In this document: piece after piece, positions 14,101 to 25,087 of the stretch
Numbering within the stretch: position 1 is the first letter of the stretch
How the letters are laid out: each line of letters opens with the position of its first letter
Source of the DNA: Marsupella aquatica
Taxonomy: Eukaryota > Plantae > Marchantiophyta
DNA: 64,000 nt
Assembly (NCBI GenBank): GCA_973895155.1
Contig: OZ316891.1
Coordinates: forward strand, 31,751,112-31,815,111
Direction of reading: 5' to 3'
The notes under the pieces: generated by a model
The model's database searches: none
Seen by the model: the letters and a program-made list of their open reading frames with translations, nothing else
Told to the model about the DNA's origin: nothing
Program-made: the position numbers and the translations under genes

Positions 14101-14823
14101 ATGTCGTCATGTCTATGCCCATGTACAGAGCAAAGACCGATATTCAGGTACAAATCATTGCATATCTTGTTTATTGTTAGCGCCTGGCGCTAATTTAGTC
14201 TTTGCTGTAGTTCTCGAATCATTAGCTGTCGGTTGATAATTTGAGCCAAATGTGTGCGATGCGTGCAGGTATTTACCCTTAGGCTAGACATATTTTGTCA
14301 GACTTCTTCAAAAGGAAAGGTACCAAAGGATCCAAGGTTTAAGCCTCTATCAATAACTGAAGATCCTTTGATCTCTAACTTGATTGGGCTTCCAACCTTG
14401 AAGACAGATCATTGCCCAGAGTTGGATTTTGCTGGGAACGCCTGTCTTTCGGTTGGTTTTATGCAATCGGTGATAGAGCTTTTTACTCTTCCTGGAGATA
14501 TTGTCCTTGACTGGACTGTAGGTTCAGGAAGCACATTCATTGCTGGTGATTTTTCTGGTCATTTCATGATTGGGTTGGAAAATAGGCGTGAGTTTGTTGA
14601 GGCTGCATCAAGGGTTTTCTTAGAACTTCTTGATCCCAAGCATGTTCCGATATTGACTCCTCCCGCGACCAATTTAAGTGGTCGCAAAAAGAAAGATAGG
14701 CTCCGATCTGTTCTCAATTTTGATTCTGACGAAGAGGAAGGTACCTTTGGAGACGTCGAAGATGACACAAAGAAAACCCAGGAGGAAGATTCTTCGAAGA
14801 AGAGCGAAGACTCAGACGAGTAG
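11113..14823 (+). pseudogene. Spliced gene: ParB/Sulfiredoxin-like N-terminus fused to an N4C/N6A DNA methyltransferase-like (N6_N4_Mtase) C-terminus; this copy is lightly disrupted
   Basis: FSVFDGNHRLYAW matches the ParB/Srx signature. IELFTLPGDIVLDWTVGSGSTFIAG...MIGLE...FVEAASR matches motifs X-I-II of beta-class amino-MTases. GT-AG introns 11865-11956, 13294-13443 and 14148-14268 link the ORFs. Frameshifts near 12110 and 12855; TAG at 14046. Confidence 0.75.
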
Positions 14824-15990
14824 TGTTCTTCCAGTAAGCTTCTTGATCCTTTCAAGTGTTGTTGATAATTTTGGGTTCTTGCTCTCTTATTTCCTAAACT
14901 TATATTTTTTTCTGTTTTACTGGATCAGGTCAGAATGGAATCTGAGGAAGCGTTTCCAACTCCGGAGGAGACTAGCTAGGAATGTAATTGTCACTCCTGA
15001 GAAGCCGTTTGTTTTGCCCTCATACGCTGAAAATGCCGCTAGGAGGGTTGACAAAATTAGAACGCTTTGTTGGGAAACAAAAGGTCTACGTCTTCAGAGG
15101 GGAGCAGACAGGAAGTTCATGAGGAACCCTTATATAGATGATGTTTCCCGAAGCAAGTACATTGATGATGAAGCCGAGTCCACGGACAGATCTGAAAGCT
15201 CCGCATCAGAAACATCTGGTAGTTTATAGGTAGCAATGGGGTTTTCTTCAAATATGTCCTTTAATGTTTCAATATGTAACCATTTCGATGAATTGGCTGA
15301 TTTTAAGCCCTTTCAACTCTTACTAGCGCCAGACGCTCCTCAAACATACTGTCTTTATTATATTTTTATTTCAGATTCTTGAAGTTTGAGTTGTGAAGAC
15401 GTGTGCTCAGGTGCAATATTGGCTAGCGCCGGGCGCTTCCCAATTTTCTAAGGGTTCTTGGGTGTGGATTCTTTCATGGCTGTGGTTGCATAAATGTTTT
15501 GTTTTCCGTCTGGTTTTGTGGTATTAGGTGAACTGGCGGGAACAGTCATGGATCTTTGCAGCTACATGTCTTCTAGAAAGACCCTGATCGGGAGGAGGCT
15601 GGAATAGATGATGGTTGTCAACTGGGATTACTATAGTAGCTCCAGGCGCTACTGAAAGGTTTTGGTTAATTATAATTGACTTAAATAGCTTTCCGAGATT
15701 GAACATTTCATAACCCCCTTCATTAAATATCCTTCGAGAGTGCAATTGGTACAAATTATAGACTCTTCACAGCGCCCGGCGCTAGCAATAATCGTGGAGA
15801 GTTCCTATCGCTACAAGTTTCTTATATTTATTCCTGTTTGTTTTTTTGGTGTCTTTTAAGAAAACCTCGCCTTCGACGCTATTTTTACCTGAATTGAGAC
15901 TAGAATTTTCCTGTTACCAGTATTTTTACCTATTACCAGTTTCTGTTATGAATACCTATTTCCTGTTTTCCTGCCTTTTGTAAACACCTC

Positions 15991-17881
15991 CTCCACGCAG
16001 CCATTTATGGATTTCTGTAATGCAGAGCTCGCTGCTGGTAGATTGCAGGGTCTTAGGATTAATTCTTCTTTACACATATGCTTTAGATTGTTTGTGGATA
16101 ATGTAGGATTGTTCATCCCAACCACTGCTGAAGCTTTTGACCAGGCAAAAGAGGCGATTAGCTGTTATGAAACGGCCTCAAGAGCCAGACTGAATCTGAA
16201 AAAATCTGTGATCATCCCATTTGCTTTAGAGGTGATTCCGGAGTGGCTTAGAAACACCGGATGCAAAATTAGCGAAAAAGGTATGGTGTAGTGCTACCTT
16301 GGAGCACCCTTCGGAGTGGACCTGTTGGAAGCACAGCTGCATAATTTTTGTCTAGATAAAATTGGGGCGAGGCTATCATCATGGTCCACCAAATTTGTAT
16401 CGTTCACAGGACATTTAGTGCTGATCAAACACGTCTTATAGGCTATTCCAATATATCACATGATGTTTATACGATCATCAGGAGAGTTAGCTAAGAAGAT
16501 GACGATTCTGAATAGAACTTTTCTATGGGGAAGTAACCATCTCGGAGGACGCCGAATACCATTGGTGGCGTGGGAGAAGATGACACGACCTAAACTGGAG
16601 GGGGGACTTGGATTGAAGGAATTTAGAAGTCATTCTGATGCCTTGTTGTGCAAATGGTTTACTGGGGCACTGGATGACCCAAATTCTGAATGGGCCAAAA
16701 TGTATGCGGCGAATCTTAGGCTGACAAAGTGGCAAAATTACAAGACTATGAGGAGGAATCACTATTCCATGACGGATCTGCTATTACTGAGTACCCCAAG
16801 ATCTTTTGGTAAATTGGCATATACGGGAAAGCTTTGGGGTGCATGGGCTAAGGTACGAGAATACTTGATTTTTTGCCCTGGCACAGGCTCTATTCCAGGG
16901 AATTGGGGCATTGAGGACACAATACGTTGCTTGCACGGTTTTTATCATCTGCTCGAGAAGGATATCACATAGATTGTCCAAATCTTTGGTCGATTGGGAA
17001 TTTGGACCACACTGGACCTCTGGTCTACTGTGGACAATAGATGGAAAGACATGTTAGGAAAATTACAAAGATTGAGAGGATTTACCATCACTGGCCAAGC
17101 ACAAAGCGCATTACTTCTTCGAAATCTTACTGAAGCCAGGATTGGAAGTTGCGCACCACTGGTGGATGCCTGCCTTTGGAGATGGACAGATTTAGCTGCA
17201 AGGATGAGGAATTTTGGATTATCCAATACGAGGGTATATGAGATGCTACAACCCAAGGGCACGGACTTGGATCGTTTAAACCAAATATGGAGAGAAGCAC
17301 TTACAGAGATGGAGTGGAGAGGCATTTGGAAAGTGTTGTGGAGATCAGACCTTTCTATGAGAGTGAAAGTTTTCATTTGGTGCGTTCTAGCAAAAGGATT
17401 ATTCTCGAGATCAAGGGCATTGAAGATTGGGAAATCTAATGGTCACTGTCTGCTCTGTGACAACATGTTAGAAACCATCCCCCATCTATTCTGTCACTGT
17501 TGTCATGCACAATGTTGTTGGATTGAAGCTAAAACTTGGATGAACGGAGATCTCATTGGTACCTATCTGAGCATCATTGGGCTGCTGAGATCCTTTCAAG
17601 GTCGCACACTGTTACACTCACTCAGGGCATTTATAATTTACCAGATTTTATGGAGCATCTGGCTTGCTAGGAACTATGAAACCTTTGATTTGGCACAGCG
17701 ACAAGTGTTTGATCAATTACAGGTCATTTCAGACACAATGGATCATCTGGCTGCCATTATTGCAGCTACCATCCCCACCTCTGACAGGAAAAGGAGTCGA
17801 CTACACGCTGCATCTGAAATGCTGAGAGAGGAACGCACAAGGCTTGTTAGGTCTGAAGTTAGAAGGCTAATAACTCGATAG
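15991..17881 (+). pseudogene. LINE ORF2 3' part (RT C-terminal half and zf-RVT)
   Basis: LFVDN (degenerate FADD), YLGAPFG, PKLEGGLG, CLLCDNMLETIPHLFCHC; several stops. Confidence 0.9.
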
Positions 17882-18441
17882 GTTTTTTTCTTTTTTAATT
17901 AGGAAGTCTTAAGGTTCTACGAGGATTTCTTTCAGCTATGGACTTGCTATGAAACCAAGTAGAAGCCCATTGAATGTTAGGTGGAAATGACATCTGACTG
18001 ATCCTTCTCCTGGATATTAACAGTAGACTGAAATCAAAGGATTCTTACCAAGGAGGCTGTTAGTTTGGCTTAGGGTTTTTGTGGAAAATCTTTACTGCCC
18101 TTGCGGCTTTTTTGCCTTTGGGGCCTGCTCGAGGGCCTGCTGGTTTCCCTCTCCGTGGGGTTCAAGCGGAATAAACAAAATTTCAAAACAAAAAAAAACC
18201 ATTCACAATGTCATTTGAACACTCAATAGACTATTGTAGTCAATGAAACTTACTTGAGTCCATTTCAGTTCATCAACCTTCCATTTCGTTCAACCAAATA
18301 CTTAAGTCCATTTCATTCATCAAAAAACTTAAGTCCATAGCATTCAACCAAATACTTAAGTATAATTTAGGTTGTCTTATGGGTCCACTACAAAAAAGGT
18401 TCAAGTTATAAGATGGTGGAATTAGTAGCAGTCATGCTGGT

Positions 18442-19070
18442 CTAGTCATGGGTACTTGGGATATCAGAACCCTCTGGGATGACATGGCGAGTACAGTAAA
18501 TCATGCGCCACTGTCCAATGTCCCAGGTGTCTCGGCCCCTCACCCTTCTCCTCAAGTGCCTGTTTGCTGTTGGTCCTTCATCACGACACCATGCACGAGG
18601 GCATCTACGACATTGGACAAAATCCCAAATGCCCTCCCGATACTCCTTACAGACCTCACAGTAATGTCGTGGGCATATAAGAGCATCGGGATGTGCATCA
18701 GGGTTATCTGGATGGCGGGTGAAAGGCATTTCCCCCAATCGCAGAAGTGTCCGGAGACAACCCACATGGTAAAATGAGTAGCAGTCATCATGAGAACACT
18801 GGATCACAAGGGGCTCATATGTGGTGGGTCTCAAGGTTCTGCCAAGGAGTCCACAACCAAAACATCTTCCTCATCAGGGTTGTGGCCATCAACTACATAA
18901 TGAAAATGGCGACCACAAGGGCCATCACAGAACAAAACAATTCCTCCCTCATCACATTCAAAACAGCAAGGGGGATCCATACGAAGGTGCTCCCTATGCC
19001 CAAATCTTGGATCCAGCAACTGACGAGCAATGTGTGCCATGCTGAACAAGATCTGCAAAATTACCTTCAA
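18442..19070 (-). pseudogene. EDM2/NSD-type tandem PHD-finger fragment
   Basis: CFECDEGGIVLFCDGPCGRHFH; CSHDDCYSFYHVGC; LICPRHYCEVC...QCRRCPRAW...RMIYCTRH, the same order as in the EDM2 PHD cluster; frameshift at about 18832. Confidence 0.7.
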
Positions 19071-20925
19071 AAATTAGGGCCACCAGCAATCATTAGGGCA
19101 AGCAGAGGGGCAGGCATGTGATGTACCAGAAGGAGCGATAGTCCACCAGCAATCATAGCCAGTAGGCACCACCAGGGGCATGACTTCCTTGTGGGCTCCT
19201 TTGATCCATCCTGCAATGTGAGCAATGCAGAATCAGAAGTTAACAACTTGAGTGTGCATCACCATCATGGGCAGAACCTGGACGTGTCCCACCACAGACA
19301 CAATCATTGATGAAATGATAGGTGTTCCACGCCAGGCAACCACCCCATGACATTCTTGCCATGTACTGTGCAAAAGTCTGCACTATGTTAGAGTCACCTC
19401 CCCTACAACGATCACATGTTTGGGTGTGACAATGGAGACAAGCCTCCAAGAAGACACGGTCCTCATCCAGCCAGCATCGCCCTCCGGACCTCTTCAATGA
19501 AAGGAAAGACCACGTACATCACAGGCAGAGAGGAAATGCTAGCAAAAAATAGCAACATCAATGTGTGACAACATTTGCAAGAGGAGCGACCTCCAAGGGG
19601 CCATAGAAGCTAGGAGTATCACCTTCCTTCCGCCGATCCAAGCTCTGTAGAGTAGTGTCTAAAACCAAGTAGCAGTCGACCTCCACACGCCTCCACAATC
19701 TACCTACTCTCCAAACTTGCACAGCAACAGTCCTTCCGCCCTCCAAACTTGCGGCAATAGCAGTCCTCCCGACCTCCTCAAAGAGAATGGACGGACCTCT
19801 AAAACCGTGGCAGCAGGAGTCCTCCCGGCCTCCACAGTTGACTACAGCTCCAGCTTGCAGCAGCGCACAACAATCAACCTTTGATTTCTCACAAAGAAAT
19901 TGGAGAGCCTCTGAACTTGCGCCAACAACAGTCCTCCCGACCTCCTCAATCAACTAGAGCTCCAATGTCGCGGCAACGCTACACAACACAACAATCCTCT
20001 GATTCCCACAAAGAAGATGGAGCTCCAAACGCACCAACAATGCAGCTCCCGGCCTCCACAGTCGACTACAGCTCCAAGGTTGGCAGCGCTACACATCAAT
20101 CCTCTCGTCTCTCACGAAGAAAACATTGAGTTTGAAACTCAATGTTCGTGAATCAACCTGAGTTCGTCGACCACCCTTGGGCCCATTCCCGCTTGAGCTT
20201 CCATCCCCGTCCCTGCAGCCGCCATCCGACCCTTATTTGGCCGTTGGATCTAAAACCCTAGACATCAACGGCCCTTGAAAACCCCGACTGGATGTCGTGG
20301 GTCCCCCTACCCACTTTAGACCCCACCCCCAATAAACTATTTTTTAGACTGAAGTTTGGTTAGAGTTGGGCATAAATTTAAACATGCATATTGTGGCAAA
20401 TATGAATATTTACGACCTTAAAAAACACGTGTCCCTATTACAATGAGACATGTGTACCAGTACATACATGATGCGTGTCGCATATATTAATATTTGTACC
20501 AATTACCCTTACTTTGTTGGACACCTTCCGTGGAATGTGTTTCGTTTTAAAAATGCCTATTGTTCTTTAAAGCAGCCCAACAATTAAAATGGGCCCTATT
20601 GTTCTTCCATGAAACTTTGGAAGTCTTCCGCCAAACCCAATTAAATGGCCCTATACTTTGTCGCACGTGATGTGGGACTTCCACGGAAGTGACCCCCCTG
20701 AGCTCTTGCCGCTCTTGAATTTCATACTCACGTTCTCGCAGTTCAAACTCACGTTCTCGCATGTGAGAATCATGTTCTTAGATATCAACATCACGCTTGG
20801 CCGTAGAAGCCATCTCAGCACAACTGTTTGCCATGGTTCTCAAATGCACTTGTTAATCACTACTCGACTTGGTTGCCTTTTGCTTCACACCTCTCTTGCT
20901 TGGGCCATAAAAGTCCTGAGGGGAT

Positions 20926-22825
20926 ATGATGGTTCTCTCACTCCACCAACGTCTAGCGCAAAAGGCGGGGTGTGGTAGGAGGGCTCGGGATGCACGAGGT
21001 GGGCGTGAAGAAGAAGCGGACGAGGTTGACGAGTGTGAAGCTGAGGTCATCGCATCAACAACGCCCAAAAAGCTGGATCGGAATGAGTGGATTGATGCGG
21101 TACCCGACAAGCAGTGGCTTTTGTTTCCTCGGGAGGAGGATGATGTGTTCAAGGCATTATGTATAGATAAGCGTGACCCCTGTTTAATGGACGATTCAGG
21201 GTTAGAAGATTTTATCAGATTACCCTGGCTACAAAACGATGCAAGCCAGCGGGAGTTGATGGAGTTCATAGGTAATTGGGATCGTGCCAAAAAAGTGACT
21301 CGTGTCTATGGCCGGGAATTTGTATTGAACATGCGGGTAGTGTCAGAGGTGTTTGGCTTACGGCAAGGTCGAACTAACAAAATCGAACAACGGGCGGTGG
21401 CTAAGATAGAAAAGTGGGATGATTTTGAAGGGCCACCGTAAACGAACGGGTTCCTTCAAACTCAGTGCACCAACAAGTAGTTTTTGGAATTGTTGGATTT
21501 CCTTCGGGTTACATTGTGGTTTACCAACAGTCGAACTGAGATAGGTAAGAGCCAGGTGATTTTAGGACAAAATCTAGGGGAGGTTAGAGATTATTGTGGG
21601 TTTCTTTACAGGAAACTGTTGGACGAGTTAAATTCTAACCGCAAGGTTATAGCGGATGGAGCTCTTTCTGGAGCTGTTTCCAAGCTGTCATATCATTTGC
21701 CGATGATATGCAAGTATGCTTGGAGGGAGATTTTGGGAATAAGTGGTATGGTAGATGAGATAGCAGCCAACAAATCGCAGACGGCACCAGGTGAGCAAGA
21801 GGAGAATACATCTTCTCCGTTGGTAGCAACAAGCGCCGAGGATTTGAAGAAGCCACTCTTGGAGGTGCTTAGTCCAGATGACTGGGTGCCTGAGAAAGAA
21901 TCGTGTCCTAGTGGTAGTTCACCAGCGCAAGCTGAAGTGGATGAACCTGTTAGTCGGCGATGCACAAGGGCAAATAAACAGGGGCAAAATGAAGGTGGCA
22001 CTACAACAGGGCATGGTCTCAAAGCCAAAGCGAGAGGTGCAAGAAGAGGCGGCGTTGCTGAGGCAAGTTCCAGGTCACCGATCGATTATGATATTAGGAA
22101 TTGCGTCGGGGAGACATCGAATGAGGACTTTGGGATACAGGGAATAAAGGTGCAGAACCAAGGCGGAGTCCGGCAACGGCATTCAGCCATGTCGGAGCCG
22201 ACGCTGCAAGAGCCCGCTTTTCCTACTAGTGGTAAGGGGTCCGAAGAAGCGCACCAGGAGTGTTTTAGGATGCCACTGTGAATTTGGAGGGAGAATGCCA
22301 GGGGGTCCATGGCAAGCCAAAATGAAGGTTCCAAGCAAGCACGTCGAGTTTCCGGCAAGGGTCCGGGATGAGGAGCGAGTAGTTTGTGCAATTCATACAA
22401 TCCAACCCTCGTCGAAGGAATACCTTAGGATTGTTGAATTTGACGGTAATTTGTTTAATAAACTTCAGGAGTCAAAGACAAACACAATATTTGCCCTCAG
22501 TGGTGAGGTGGCCGACTTGGTTGTTGCTGTGCTTAAGGAAGAGCTGGAGTCAAAGCCGAGGATCATTAAGATGCTGGCCGAGAAGAAATTGTTTGAAGAT
22601 CAATTGAAGGAAGCTGAGGCCGAGAATAAATGTCTTGAAGATCAATTGAAGGAAGCTAAGGCTCAATTGAAGGAGACTGAGGCCGAGTTAGCGTGCAGGA
22701 CGGAAGAGAGAAACGAGGCGGGGAACAAAGCCAAGAGATTGAGTGGAGATGTCGAACGTCTGAAATCGCAGGCGAACACCCAGTTGAAACAGCTGCATAA
22801 GCTCATCGGCAGACCCAATGGGTGA
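20926..22825 (+). pseudogene. TE-associated accessory protein (similar to the gypsy extra ORF at 55.8-57.9 kb) with C-terminal coiled coil
   Basis: Collinear ORFs 20926-21441, 21484-22281 and 22229-22825; GLEDFIRLPW and NGFLQTQC...LLDFL motifs; repeated EDQLKEA heptads. Confidence 0.45.
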
Positions 22826-24646
22826 AGTACAAGGGGGAAGGCAGCTTCAGAAGAATATAACTGAGGGATTGGCCGAGTACTTGGTCATCGTCTGTCAGTC
22901 AAGAATAATGTGAAGCCAGGGTTGAGCTCCGGTCCCCCAAGGAAACTCAGGTCGAAGGGTCGATTGGGTCACGTTGGATGAAGGAGACTCGGAGCTTGAT
23001 GGAACCTCTGGAGATGTATACTTAGGCAAAGAATGTAAAATTAAGTAAAGAAATAAAAGAAAGAACCAAAACAGGTAAATCGCATAAGCGTTGCTTGTCG
23101 TTAGTGAAAGTGTTTAGTTCGCTTTGATGAGTAAATTTCTCACAGAGTAATAATACCGCACATTAGGCGTGACTGGACGGTAACAAAGAATACTCTGCAA
23201 TTTTTAGACTTTAGTAGTAGTTCCTAGTTAAATAGGTGAAGAACTTCCCAAGGAGGTTGTTGCTAGTTATAGGTGAAGAAATTTATATCCCGAAGCAGCT
23301 TGCGGCGAGCGGGTAAGAGTGTCGGAAGAGTTGGCTGGGAATTTAGGGTTTAGGGGCCGTGCAAATTGTGCGGGTGGAGTTTGGGGAATTGTGCGGGTGG
23401 GATCATCTACCTCGGGCCACTGGAGTGGAATTGCGTCATTGGGTAGGAGTAGCATGCTTAGCATGGTCTTTTGTTGAAACAGGGGGACGATGAACGTCAG
23501 GCAAGTACAGAGAGATCGTGGATCCAATTGACATCGTCGTTCATAGTGTGCGTACTGTGTTGTGTGTTATCTATGATTGTAACTTGAGGATTCCACCTTG
23601 TGTATGTGAGTTTAATAAATGTGTAGATGAGAGTACACTTGGTCGGTCTCTAAACCAACAACACACACCTCGGTCTACCCTCCACGGGAGGAATGCTAAG
23701 TTGAGTGGGTTGAAAGTTAGTGGATCCTTTCCTAGTCTCCAATGAATGTCCAAACTTCCGTATTGGGGAAGTCGAGTGAAATCCTAACCATCTCCACTCT
23801 CAATCCAGTTTGCACAATGAGTGATGTAAACTATCTAAGATTAATCATATCCACACACCAGCTAACGTAGAGGAATTGAACATCTTTTTCCGTTCTGATT
23901 AAAAAAATTGTTATTGAAGGGTTAGGGCCTTGAGTATCTTGATTGTATGCAGACAAAATGCCTCGACCACAAAATGACAACTTCTTGGAGGACTTCTTTG
24001 GTGCATTGGAAAGTTGTAGCCCTCCTGAGCTCAGCTGGGTCTGGGGGCACCATGGGTTCTTGGGGTTTGCAGGTGTTAACTCGCCCGCTTGCCAAATCCT
24101 GCAGAACAGCAGCCAAGCCGTGTTCAATCTCCCAAGGGGGCTTGTGTTGGGAAGGCAAGGCCAAGTAGGTGTGGAGGTTGAGTTCCAAGAGTGCTCGGTC
24201 CCTAGGCCATTAGTGAGGTGAATCGGGAGTTGGTGCTAGAGTCGGGGCCATTCTGGTCCCTACTTGTTGGGACAAGCTAGGCTATTTGGGCCATGAGCAT
24301 GTCCTGGGGTCAGGGCGGTTAGTTGGTGATGGATAGGTACAAGGGGGAACCCGGGCTACGCCCAAGGAAGGAGCTCTTCTGGACAAACAGTCTGTATTCT
24401 CGACATTGTGTGACTGCGTACCCTCGTGTGTTGGTCCTGGGCAGTATTCCTGGCTGGTAGGGATAGACCTATCTTCATGAACCTCAACGTCATCATCACC
24501 TGCAAATGACGTAACCTGCTTGTTGTTCTATTTAATAAAGGAATTAAAGATATAGGTGTTGAAAAAGGGACAATGATTTCAGTGCAAAATAAAATCTGTG
24601 ATAAAATATCACATAATCACTTGCATAAAAAAATACCAAAATATAG

Positions 24647-25087
24647 CTACACCGTGCAAAAAGAAACCAATGTAGAGGCAAAAGTAAGTAAGTTCTTACT
24701 CTCTGATGATAAATCAAATGGATTCTCCTGTGCATTTCGGTCCATAGAAGAGATGTCAGATATGAACTTTTTAGGTGGAGTGATGCGTGGAATATCTGCA
24801 TACCACTCCTGGATCAACAATTGCTCATACAGATCAACAGAAAAATTAGTGGGGAATCGATGGTCACATCGGTCCTTGTCACCCATGTTAAAGTAAGAAA
24901 CCTGCCCAGTTTTCTCCTTCCTTTCATAGTCATAAATTGTTTTAAACTTCTTCTCAATAAGCTGCCACTTCTTACAAGAGTTTGGATCTCGAATAGGATT
25001 AGTGTACCCCTCATCCACCGTAAACTTTGCCACTGCTTTCCATTTCAACTTGCTACTAGTCATTTTTTTGTGTGTTGAGCCTTCCAT
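24647..25087 (-). pseudogene. Trihelix/Myb-SANT-like DNA-binding domain fragment
   Basis: KWKAVA...RDPNSCKKWQLIEKKFKTIYDYE...SYFNM...FPTNFSVDLYEQL resembles the Myb_DNA-bind_4 trihelix domain of GT factors and Harbinger ORF1. Confidence 0.65.

Larger units (their letters stand above)
6131..15784. repeat. Dispersed 15-bp palindrome TAGCGCCNGGCGCTA, 17 copies
   Basis: Starts at 6131, 6280, 7943, 8128, 10351, 10412, 10475, 10539, 10782, 11919, 13331, 13390, 14178, 15324, 15424, 15637 and 15770 (0-3 mismatches); collapsed copy CTAGCGCTAG at 10642. Confidence 0.95.
5700..15990. mobile_element. Mutator-like DNA transposon (MULE), 10.3 kb, with two divergent genes
   Basis: Flanked by CTCCACAC (5692-5699) and CTCCACGC (15991-15998), an 8-bp TSD with one transition; removing it restores the LINE RT frame. 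Ends start with G and show only degenerate inverted similarity over about 110 bp. Confidence 0.85.
4145..18199 (+). mobile_element. LINE (L1-type) retrotransposon, degenerate, interrupted by the MULE at 5700-15990
   Basis: EN motifs SRLDRFY and DHYPV, RT motifs KAPGIDG, QQTGFIPG and LDFKKAFDRV, then GCPLSPLLFAIST|QPFMDF rejoins across the insertion. zf-RVT follows; A-rich tail at about 18169-18199. Confidence 0.9.

Noticed and set aside
11113-14823. ParB-MTase gene as bacterial contamination
   Set aside because: It has three GT-AG introns, lies inside a TSD-bounded insertion in a plant LINE, and has a second partial copy interrupted by a copia element.
14678-15229. 183-aa ORF as a third MULE gene
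   Set aside because: It overlaps the MTase exon in another frame and crosses intron-like T-rich sequence; at most an extra 3' exon, unsupported.
6131-15784. Palindromes as a CRISPR array or bacterial REP elements
   Set aside because: Spacing is irregular (about 60 bp to over 2 kb), there are no cas genes, and the context is eukaryotic with spliceosomal introns.
23267-24480. Cluster of short ORFs on both strands
   Set aside because: Looks like decayed coding DNA, but I could not recognise any motif to assign it.
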